A stretch of DNA of 63,428 bases, the filler included, from Reclinomonas americana ATCC 50394 (lineage: Eukaryota): NCBI GenBank assembly GCA_048213135.1. It is 11 parts of 11 records of this genome, joined end to end, with 100 filler letters (N's around TTAATTAATTAA, not from the genome) between each part and the next. Parts side by side here need not be neighbours in the genome. Positions count along the whole stretch, not along the records: positions 1 to 3,150 come from AFZH01019778.1; positions 3,251 to 18,320 come from AFZH01019779.1; 9 more parts are not named here. One strand, given 5' to 3'. Both the position numbers and the translations under genes were made by a program. Every line of letters starts with the position of its first letter. The first letter of the stretch is position 1. Under the pieces are notes generated by a model that had not been told where the DNA came from, did not search any database, and saw only the letters and a list, made by a program, of their open reading frames with translations. Positions 1 through 10,300 of this stretch are shown here, piece by piece.

Positions 1-569
1 CGTCGTGGTAACGGACGTACGTAGTACGTACTATAGTAGTACCGTACCGACCGACACTACCTACCAACACTACCGTACCGTACCGTACCGTACGTTGTCG
101 TCTCTCTCTCTCTCTCTCTCCTCCTTCCTCTCCTCCTCTCTCTCTCTCTCCCTCCTCTCTCTCTCTCATTGCCTCTCATCTTCTTCTCTCTCTCATTGTC
201 TCTCTTTCTCTCTCTTTCCCCCCTTTGCTCTCACTTTACACAACAGCAACACTCACCACAAAACTTCTGAAACACATTCTCAATCCGCGTCAACGACGGA
301 TCATCCACTGAGTGACACACACAAAGTGAGAGAAAATAACTCTCTCTCTCTCTATCACACTCATTGCTCTCACGCAACACATGGCATACACAGTGGCCAA
401 GTCAACAACAGGCTTGCGCGCGCGTGAAAGTGACTGCAGAATACCCATTCTTTTGACACACAGAGACTGAGAGAGAAAACGTGTCCTGCCTGACAACACT
501 CTTTTGTGTGTGTTTGTGTGTGAGAGAGCAGACTGTGTGTCTTGTGTGTGTCTGTGTGTGTGTGTGAGA

Positions 570-3106
570 ATGAGCGACTCTGATGAGGAGATGGAGTTTG
601 AGTTTGAGGAGGGCGAGGAGAGTGATGGTGTGTCTCACACAAAGAGAGAGAGAGTGTGTGTGTGTGCATAGTCACTCTCTGTGACAAGAGAGACACACAC
701 ACTCTCTCACATATGCAGAGAGACACTGTGTGTGCGTGCGAGTGTGCGAGGAGAGAGAGAGCACTCACACACATACACACACACAGAGACATGTGAAGTT
801 GTCACTCATGTGCGCGCGCTCTCTCTATACGTGCAACACAAGACACACACACACACACTCTCCCTCCTCTCTCTCTCTCTCTCCGCGTTATCACTCAAGA
901 TGCTCTCTCTCACTCTATTTGTGTGTCTCTCTCTCTCACTCACAGACAGCGAGCTCGTGTATGTTCCATCGTTCTCGCCGGATCACCAACGAATGGAGCC
1001 TGCGGGGCCGAGTCGCATGCGTGTGACCTATGATGGTGTGTGTGATTCCTCTTCTTCTTCTTGCATGTCATTTCATGTGCATTTCGTTCAATTCTCTTCA
1101 TGTGTCACAAGTGTTGAGAGCGGAGGATATCATCAAGGTGCAGGAGGCGGAGCTGCACAAGGTGCAGGATATCATGGCCATTCCCATGTCGTTGATCCGC
1201 GTGCTCTTTCGCAAGTATCAGTGGGACTCGGAGAGGCTGCTCAATCGGTGCGACGACACACAAGTGTGACGATCTCTCTCTTTCTTCTTCTCACACGCAT
1301 CCCATGCTGACGCTGTACGCCTGTCTTCTGCGCTTCTCTTGCCACTATTGGTGCATGGATTTGGCTGTTCTTCTATCGACTTTGTGTTGTACTCTCACTC
1401 TTTCTCACTCTCTCTTACTCACTCACTCTCTCTGCCTCACTCTCTCTTTCTCCCTTTCTCTTCGTCTCTCACACATCCCCTGTCGACTCTGCACGGCTCC
1501 CCTCTGCTCATACATTACAATCTTGCAGGTGCTTGCGTGACAAAGGCAATTTTCTCGCAAGCTTGCGACACACTTTCTACCTCTCTCGCCCTCACTCTCT
1601 CCCGCTGTCTCTTACTCTTCGTATAGTCTCTCTCTCTCTGTCGCATCGTTTGTTGACCCTGTATGGCTGCCTTCTGCTCTTGTCTCACCACCTTACCACT
1701 TTTCTTTGCATGGATTTGGCTGTTCTTTGTGCTGCACTCTCTCTCTCTCTCTCACACACACACACGCATCCCATGCCGACCCTGTACGTCTCTTGTCCTG
1801 CCACCTTGCTTCTTGCATGGATTTTGCTGTTCTCGAGAGTTTGAGACATGTTCTCTCGTTCCGCACATGCTCCCTTGGCTCTATGCTACTCTCTTTTCGA
1901 TGCGCGTCGTCTTTACCCCGTTTGCACGCCTGTGTGTCATCCTCTCATAGGTTGCCCTCCCCTCTATCCCTCTCCTTCTCACCCCTTCTCCCCCCTCCCT
2001 TCTCCCCCCTCCTTCTCCCCCTCCTTACCCCTTCTCCCCCCTCGCGCCTCAGCTACTACGACGCCGGTCGCGACAAGGTCTTCGAGGACGCCGGCCTCAG
2101 CCTGACCGCCGAAGAACTGGCGGCACTCGACTCGGCCGCCCAGCCGAAATCGACCTCGTCCACCGCTGGTGGTGAGTGCGCATGAACTGCTGCTTCGTTA
2201 CGGTGCAGTCGCTTATGGTAGTGATGTGCAGGCGCAGAAGCCGAGGTCCTTTGCGAAACGTGCTACGGCGACTACCCGCTGTCGGAGACGCTGTCGCCGG
2301 GCTCGTGCGGCCATCGTTTCTGCCTCGGCTGCTGGACCACATACGTGGAGATGAACATTCGCGAGGGCCAGAGTCGCAACCTGCACTGCATGGGTCACAA
2401 GTGCCGCACCGTACTCGACGAGGATGTGGTCATGAAGTGCGTGGCGTCCGGAGGGGGCTTTTTCTTGAAGGGGTGTGTGGGCTGACCGTCGTGAAACAGA
2501 GTCGTGCAGGATGTGGCCGTACGGCAGCGGTACTGGCAATCCATCAACGAGTCGTACGTGGAGGATGCGCCATTTGTGTGCTGGTGCCCGTCGGTGCCGT
2601 CGTGCGGCTGCGCAGTGCGTGTGTTTGGTCTCAGCGAGCCGAATTGGGACATCAAGTGTCGCTGCGGGTGTCGGTTCTGGTGAGCGCGATTGGGCGGCAA
2701 AGCTTTATCTCTCCCTTCCCTCCCTTCCCTCCCTTCCCTTCTCCCTCTCCCTCCCTCCCTCTCACCCTGTCCCCCTTTTCCTTTCTCCCTCTCTGCGCAG
2801 CTTCCGCTGCTCGGAACAAGTGCACTCGCCCGCCACCTGCGACATGATGCGCGCGTGGAAGAAAAAGTGCAAGGACGACTCGGAAACGTGCACGTGGATT
2901 CAGGCCAATACCAAGGTTTGTGTGGTTGAGATGTGTTCTCGTCGTGTTGTTGCCTCATCTCACATTGCGTGTCATTGCAGGACTGTCCCAAGTGCCACAA
3001 GCCCATTGGTTGCGTCTCCTGCCTCCCCCCCTCTCTCCCTCTCTCAACGCAGTGTGACTCACCTCTTGTGTTGCATCTTCGCAGAGAAGAACGGCGGCTG
3101 CCAGCG
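570..3106 (+). CDS. ARIH1: Ariadne-family RBR (RING1-IBR-RING2) E3 ubiquitin ligase, 3' partial, multi-exon
   Basis: Spliced translation: acidic N-terminus MSDSDEEMEFEFEEGEESD; UBA-like ..RVLFRKYQWDSERLL; RING1 [97 protein letters not shown]. GT-AG introns restore the frame. The contig ends at 3150. Confidence 0.93.
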
Positions 3107-3150
3107 TGAGTCTCTTTTGCGCTCAATCACCTGATCATGAGTACTGTTTT

Positions 3151-3250
3151 NNNNNNNNNNNNNNNNNNNNNNNNNNNNNNNNNNNNNNNNNNNNTTAATT
3201 AATTAANNNNNNNNNNNNNNNNNNNNNNNNNNNNNNNNNNNNNNNNNNNN
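3151..3250. other. Artificial contig/scaffold spacer (44N-TTAATTAATTAA-44N); the same spacer recurs at 18321, 24065, 27599, 39616, 41840, 49601, 53691, 58145 and 62031
   Basis: Identical 100-nt spacer with stop codons in all six frames occurs ten times. Confidence 0.99.
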
Positions 3251-3674
3251 GCAGGGACAGACACGCGGAGTGCGGTACCGAGCGCCTCGTGCACCGCGCA
3301 CCGCCGCGCCAGCACAGCCAGCACAGCCAGCGCCACCGGCAGCCGGCGGTCGACTTCGTGAGTGCTCTGTTTCTTTGTTAGATCTTCCGCTCATGCTCTT
3401 GTCCTCATTGTCTCTCAATCAGCCGCCGATGAGGTGGCGATGCTCGAGGCCGCCCTTGGCGAGCGCATTGATTTCGGCGTGCAGGGAGTGTTGCGTTGCA
3501 CTCTCTTGTCTCCCTGCGATGCTGAAGTCTGACTCGTGCATCGTTAGATACGCAATGGAGATGGATCCGCCTGCGGGTGGCGCAGTAACTGGCGAAGAGG
3601 AGGAAGGCGGCGAGGACGAGGAGCCGGAGGACGAGGATGGTGATGAGGGGGAAGAGGAAGACGATGACATGTAA
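3251..3674 (+). CDS. 3' end of a gene with an acidic C-terminal tail (possibly the end of the Ariadne gene across the gap)
   Basis: Three exons join in frame via a GTGAGT intron and a GTTGCG intron (donor 3490): ..RLPADEVAMLEAALGERIDFGVQGVYAMEMDPP..EDEDGDEGEEEDDDM*. Confidence 0.6.
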
Positions 3675-3945
3675 AAGCGTCGCCAAGTCGTGTCCCGTGC
3701 GCAGTTGTATCTGTCGGTCTTATCTGTTGTTCATGGTGGTGGCGTGCGTGGGTGGGTGATGCAGTTCGATCAGCTCTTTGACAGTGCACAAAGCCTGGTC
3801 GCTCGTCAGGTGCGCACGCACACAAAGGGGCCCTGAAACACTCAATCACTGATACAAGAATCACACACACAGCGCTATGATCGCGCATCACAACAACAAC
3901 AACCAGGTAAACGCATCAATGATGTTTGAACTCTCACACATGCAG

Positions 3946-6170
3946 AGCTGACTTCTGCACAGTGCGCACTCCTCCACCTCAACGATCATCATTATCTTCA
4001 TCATCATCGATCGCCTTTACTCGTCCGTATGCCGTTCCGCAAGTATCTGAGAGCACTCAAGCCTCTGCGGTGAGCTCCTCCTCCTTCTCCTTGCCCTCTT
4101 CTTCTTCTTCCTTCTTGTCTCTCTTCTTCCCTCCTCCTCCTCCTTCGTCTTCTCAGTTTTCCTCTTCTTGATCTTGTTCTCCTCCTCTTCCTCCTCCCCT
4201 CATTCCCTACTTCCTGTTTCTTGTTCTTCTTGTTCTTCTTGTTCTTGTTCTTCTTGCTCTTATTTCTCTTGTTGTTGTTGTTGTTGTTGTTGTTGTTCTT
4301 CTTCCTCTTCTGCTTGTTCTTCTTCTTTTTCTTGTTGTTGTTGTTGTTCTTCTTCTTCCTCCCACCTCCTCCTCCTCTTCTTCTTCTTCTTCTTCTTTTG
4401 TTTCTCTTCTGCTTCTTCTTGTTCCTCTTCTCATTCTTCTTCTTCTCCTCCTCTTCTTCTTATTCTTGTTTTTGTTGTTGTTCCTCTTCTCATTCTTCTT
4501 CTTCTTCTTCTTCTTGTTCCTCTTCTCATTCTTCTTCTTCTCCTCTTCTTCTTCTTCTTGTTTTTGTTGTTGTTCCTCTTCCTCATCATGCTTTCGCACT
4601 ATCGCGTTTCCTACGCTTCTTCCTGATTGTGTTTCTTGTCGTTCGCCTTCTCCTCCTCCTCCTTCTCCTTCTCCTCTTCCTCCTCTTCCTCCCTCTTCTT
4701 CTCCTCCTCCTCTTCTTCATCTTCTGCTTCTCCTTCTTCTCGTTACTTGTCCTTCAATCTTCTTCGTTCTTGTTGTTATTCTCCTCCTCTTCCTCCTCTC
4801 CTTCTCCTCCTCCTACTTCTTCTACTCCTCCTCCTCCTCCTTCTCCTCCTCCTCCTCCTCCTCCTCCTCCTCCTCCTCCTCCTCCTCCTCCTCACTCCTT
4901 CTCCCTCCTTCTCCCTCCTTCCCTCGTTCCTCATCCTCCTTCTCCTCCTCCTGTTCTCACACTCTCCCTTCTCCTTCTCTCCCTTCCCCTTCTCCTCCCC
5001 TCCTTCTCCTCCTCCACAGTCACGGGTCACCCGCCGCACGTTGAGTGGCGCCACATCGACACTCGGCGACGCACGACCATTCACGAGCTCCGCAGAGCCC
5101 GGCTGGACGTACGAGCCATCGCGCGATGCCTCCTCGTACGGCGCAGCACACACGCTGTCGGCACGCAATCAGTACCTGCCACCGTCGGCGTACTACAGAC
5201 ACTCGCAGGTGGCACGACACGGCAAGGGACGCGCTGCGGTCGCTCGTGACGAGTATCGCGTGCAGTCGGATGCTGGGCGGTACTACTCGCGAGGTGCTAC
5301 ACGTGGCTATCGTCGATCTCCAGAGCATAGTGTGGCGACTGACACGCAGCGCAGACGATGTCAACTATCAGTACCTGGTCGATGGGTACGCACGGCGACT
5401 GGTCGACGAGTGGGTGCGCCGAAGCGAGCGGTTGTGGCGACAGGTGTTTTTTTCGTAAAGAGGGAGAGGAGTTGAGGTATGCAGTGCGCTGACGGGCGCG
5501 CTGGCGTGCAGAGTCGACCGGCGGCGTGGGTGCGCGAGGTGGAGGTACAGGCGCAGCAGCTGGCCAGCCGCCTGGCCATCCCACAAGACTTTGTCATTCG
5601 CCGCATCTTTGGTGCGTCTTGGTGCGTCGTCGTCACCCTCACCTCCCCTTCGTCTCACGAGGCAACGGCAGATCGATGGGACGCGGTGCGCCGGCAAATC
5701 ATGCGCCGCCTCAACGTGTTCGACCTGGCCGGCACGGCGCACGGCTGGGAGGTAAACGAGATCGAAGACCGGCGCCTGGCGCGTCTCCTGGCCGACAAAT
5801 TCGAGCGTACACTGTACTCGATGGAGCACCTCGGACAGGAGCGCACCAACGACGACACACAACCGACAGCCGACGAGCTCCCCACACCCATTGACGACAA
5901 CGACGACCCGCTGCCACTAATCGACCTTGACACTGCACTGGAGATTGGTGATCGTCGTCGTCGCGGCTTCCTCGCAGCTGCGCACGAGATGTGGGCGGGA
6001 TTGTGGCAGACACTGCGTCGGTGGCTCTCGTTGTGGGTGCGTTCCGTGGCGGATATCGGAAGATCTTTTGTCTTGTGTGTGTTGACTTGTGAAGCGCACA
6101 GTTGGTGCCGACGTGGAGACGATGGTGGCGACATAGAACGCAATGAGCACAAACAGCTGTACAAATGCAA
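3946..6170 (+). CDS. Hypothetical multi-exon protein; boundaries approximate
   Basis: Protein-like spliced frame ..SSWHDTARDALRSLVTSIACSRMLGG..RRLVDEWVRRSERLWRQ|SRPAAWVREVEVQAQQLASRL..; the intron at about 4071-5020 is TCT/TCC microsatellite. No family recognised. Confidence 0.45.
4075..5015. repeat. Compound TCT/TCC/TTG microsatellite tract (intronic)
   Basis: Directly visible trinucleotide arrays. Confidence 0.95.
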
Positions 6171-6264
6171 GCACGTACACTCCCTTGGTAGAGGCTCAAT
6201 CCCTCCTCTCACTTTCTGTTTTTCTCACTGCACATCCCCCGTGCACTCTCACTCACTCGGTTGC

Positions 6265-6915
6265 TCACTTGTGGCCCTTCTCCTGCACACACAAAGAGTG
6301 AGTGACTATGTGTGTGGGGGGAGAGCAAATTGAGGTGAGTCACACACACTGACCGATTCCTCCTCGGGCACATACATAGGGTCGTCGGGGTGCAGCGGCG
6401 CAGGTGACTCCTCGCCTCTGGGGCCCTCCCAGGTGCCCTACACAACAAAAACACAAAAAGTGGTGAGGTGATTACGCGCGACATGACGTTTTCCCCCCCA
6501 CTCTCTCTCTCTCACCTTGCCGCCAAAGCCGCCCTTGGCTGGCTGGTCTGTGGTGGTGTTGGCACAATTCAGTGAGGGAATAGGGAAAAGAGTGAGTGCG
6601 TGCGTGGGGAAAACGGTTTGCAAACTGAGCACAAGGAATCATGCACGAGTCATGTTGTGCACACGCAAAAGATGCGCGCGACGTGTGTGATGACGTGGAG
6701 CAGAAGAACAAGAAGGCGCACACGCACAAGATGGAGAGACAGACGAGAGTGAAATGCACGTGTTTGAGCATGAAAAGCCTGCGGGGGAAAGCAGAGAAAA
6801 CACTCACTTTTTCTTCTTCTTTCTTTCTTCTCACGCAACTGCTCATGCCAGTGCGGGAGTGGCGATCCATCTCCGCCTCGGTCTTGTTGTGGTAGCGGTC
6901 GTCGTCGCGGCCCAT
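6265..6915 (-). CDS. 69-aa micro-protein consisting of a PDCD4/MA3-type N-terminal motif only
   Basis: Exons 6915-6840, 6547-6516, 6437-6354 and 6282-6265 translate to MGRDDDRYHNKTEAEMDRHSRTGMSNQPAKGGFGGKGTWEGPRGEESPAPLHPDDPMYVPEEESEKGHK*. This matches the PDCD4 pattern DRxSRxG..PxKGGxGGKGxW..DPxY. All introns are GT-AG. Confidence 0.75.
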
Positions 6916-7356
6916 GGTTGCTTTCTCTCTTGCGTTGATTCAAAGAAGATGATGAAGAATGAATTTTCCCGAGTGACGTCATGCGAATCGCGCGCGGGCC
7001 CGCAGCGAGTCGAGTCGACTCAAGCACGCTGTCTGTGAGCTGCGGTGCATCAGGATCACGTATTGCAAGTCTGTATACTGGAAGCGCGGTGTGCGATCAA
7101 TATTATAATGGATGACGTCGACTTCGTGACGCAATTCAAAATCGTGCACAGCACAGCTGCATGGCAGCTGACCCGTCGCGGCAACACAAAGACACGAATC
7201 CTGCCGTGTTGCTTGTTGTTATGCTCGGGTTAACAGCAACATTTAAAATTGCCGCCAAAATCAGTTCCAACCGTTTTCCCTTCGTATTTTGTGCGCAACA
7301 CATGGGCCATGAGTGAGCGACTTGTCTCCCATCGCCCGCGCACTATTGCTGCCACG

Positions 7357-10300
7357 ATGCGCTTTCTCTTCGCCGTCACACTCGTGCTCGTGCACTCATT
7401 CGCTGTCGATGCAAGTTGCGCGTTCACTTTGCATTTCTTCTGTGTTCCCGCACACACGCAACGCATCACGTCCTCACCCACTCTGCGCAACAGATGCTCA
7501 GACAGTGACCACCGCCGTCGCCACCAACATCACGGGCTCGTCGGTCACAGTGAATGCGTGGATCAATCCCAACAATGTTGCTGGTGGAACCACGAACTCG
7601 TTCGAGTGGTCACTCTATGCTGCCGCTCTGGGCGTTCCCAGTACCTCTGTCTCCACCATTGTGGGCACGGCAGGCACCTCGGGAACAACGGACGGTGTTG
7701 GAGCAAGCGCGTTGTTGAATACACCGATGGTTTGCTCAACAGTTGTCCCTGCTGTGTGCACTTCCGCTGACACACTGAGTGTGTGCAACTGCAATAGGGA
7801 CTGGCCTTTGATGCCATGGGCAACGTGTATGTGGGCGATTACGGGTTTGTTATGCGCACTCTTCCTGTTGTCTGTCGATTGTTGATTCGTGACTTCTCAC
7901 TCTCGTGCACACACGCGATGGTGACAGCAACTGTCGCATTCGACGCATCACACCAGCGGCCACAGTGGCCACCTTTGCTGGCAGCACATGCGGCCTGACG
8001 AATGCCACAGGAGTGTCAGCTAAGTTCAAAAAGTGCGCTCCTGTTCTTGCTCTCTCTCCTTCTTCCCTCTCCCGACTCACTGACACATTCTCACAGTGTT
8101 GCCGGCCTCGCCATCGATCAAACCACGGGAATCATGTATGTCGCCGATGTGAGTGTGTGCTGGCATGCATGCATGATCACGGATGATGCAATCTGTTGAC
8201 TATCTGTGTGCTGCTGTAGTTGATGAACCACGCCATTCGTGCCGTCACCCCAGGAGCAGTAGTCACCACGTTGGCGGGCAACGGGGCATCCGGGAGTGCC
8301 AATGCCACGGGTGCAGCAGCCTCGTTCAATCAGCCCGCTGGAGTGGCGGTGGATGCCACGAACCAGGTGGTGTATGTGGGCGACTGGCTCAACAACACCA
8401 TCCGGCGAGTGACGTATGCCGGTGCGGTGACGACCTTTTGTGGCTCCGCTGGCATGACAGGCACAGCCGATGGTGCGTGTGCGGGAGCGGCGCGATTCGG
8501 TGGTCCGAACGGCGTGCTTCTTGTTGGAACCACGCTGTATGTTGGTGAGCGCTGCGTGGGAACGAGAGAGATGCCCCTCCTTATTGCTCATCCTCCCCTC
8601 CTGCTTGGTGTGCATGATTGCAGCCGACCGCGTGAACAACTCCATCCGAGTCATTGACACGGTGGCGATGACAGTGACGACGTTGGCAGGATCAACGAGT
8701 GGCACATCAGGATCCACGGATGCCACCGGTGAGTCTATCATCATGGGCAACTCAGTGTGATCTGTTGACATTCGTGCTGATCGATGCACACCAGGAACGG
8801 CTGCTCGCTTCAACACACCCATTGGGCTGGCATACGACTCTGGAAACAACGTCATCTATGTTGCCGATGTTGAGCACTTTCCACACACTCTGAGCGTTTC
8901 GCTTCTTGATTCTCAATGCCTTGTGCTCGACGCAGTCCGTGAACAACACTGTGCGGCAACTCCGAGTGTCAGACTCGTCAGTGAGCACCATCGGCGGCGC
9001 GGCGGGCATGAGTGGCTCAGCCGACGGCAGCGCACTGACTGTCGCGCGCTTCAACTCCCCTGTCCACCTCGCCTTCGATGCATCGACGGCGTCCGTGCTG
9101 GTCGCCGATTTCAACACGCACATCATCCGTCGCCTCTCGCTGGCGTCGCAGACGGTGTCGGCCACACCCGCCACCGCCACCGGCTCCCTTGCCACCTCCA
9201 TCGCCGCCTCACTGACTGGCCTCGTGAGCAACTGGACGTACTACTATCGTGCCGTCGGCGTCACCTCCACACCCAGCACCATCAATGGCGTCACCGTGTC
9301 CTTCACCACCGCCACGAATGTGGCTCCGACCGATATTAGTTGCTCGTCGACGACATATGTGTCGCCGTCGGTGGCGAATCAAGTCGTGTGTGCGCTGCAG
9401 ACGACGGACGCGAATGCGGGCCAATCGTTCACGTACTCGATTGTCGGGGGCGCCAACAGCGCAGTGTTTTCGATCAGCGGACAGTCGCTGGTGATTGTGG
9501 CGGCGGGGCAGGCAGGCAGCTCGCTGGCGGTGACGATTCGGTCGACGGACAGTGGATCGCCGGCGCTGTTCTTCGACAAGGCGTTCACCATCACAGCAGG
9601 TGAGCCAATTTGTGCTGCATCGTCTCTGTCTCCTCGCTGTGCTCTTACTCCTTCCATTGTTCCTCTTCCTCCTTCTCCCTCTTGCTGGTCATTCACGGTG
9701 CTCTTCTTCCTTGTTAATGTGTCACAGCCACCCAGACGCTGGCCACGCTGACGGCCAGCAGTGTGACGCCATCGTCGGTGACACTGAATGCCGTGGTGGG
9801 CAACTCTATTGCGGCCTCGACCATGAGCAACTCATTCGAGTGGGCACCGATGACAGCTGCATTCGGTGTGACACCGGCGTTGTCGACGTGGTTGGGCACG
9901 GCAGGTATGTCCGGCTCGACGGATGGCACGGGTGCTGCTGCTCGATTCAACAAGGCGGCGGTAAGTTCCTCACCGCACGAACGTGTCACAACTTGCGCAT
10001 CTGCTTGACGCGTGTTCACACTATATCACAGAGCCTCGCGTTTGATGCTTCCGGCACTGCGTATGTGTGCGACCAACTGAACTACGTTGTTCGGCGAGTG
10101 ACGAGTGGAGGTGTGGTGGCGGCGTTTTTGGGAACAGCTGGCTCAATAGGCTTTGTCAATGGAATCGGCACTGCCGCACGGTTCTACCAGCCGACTGACA
10201 TATCGATCGACCAGACGACCGGCTACCTGTACATTGCTGATGTTGCGCGCTGCAGTTGGGCTGTCGACAACTGGGTGTTGTGGAGTGTGATCTTCTCACT

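Noticed and set aside
1..100. CGTAC/TACCG-rich quasi-repeat at the window start (similar GACGAC run at 39555-39615)
   Set aside because: It lies at a contig end next to a microsatellite and looks like low-quality pyrosequencing flow noise, not a telomere or element.
3195..3206. Recurrent palindrome TTAATTAATTAA
   Set aside because: Synthetic six-frame-stop linker inside the N spacers.
4168..5249. Long ORFs of poly-Leu/Ser/Phe or poly-Arg/Glu (also 27866-29076, 36262-38040, 52262-53746)
   Set aside because: They arise from stop-free microsatellite or minisatellite sequence within introns and intergenic DNA.
6800..6839. Alternative canonical donor GTGAGT at 6807 for the micro-protein
   Set aside because: It can be made in frame but inserts SCVRRKKEEEK into the conserved G-x4-PxKGG spacing. 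Disfavoured, though not excluded without RNA data.
7411..7416. GCAAGT as a GC-AG donor in the adhesin first intron
   Set aside because: It gives the wrong frame; the GTTGCG donor at 7415 restores it.
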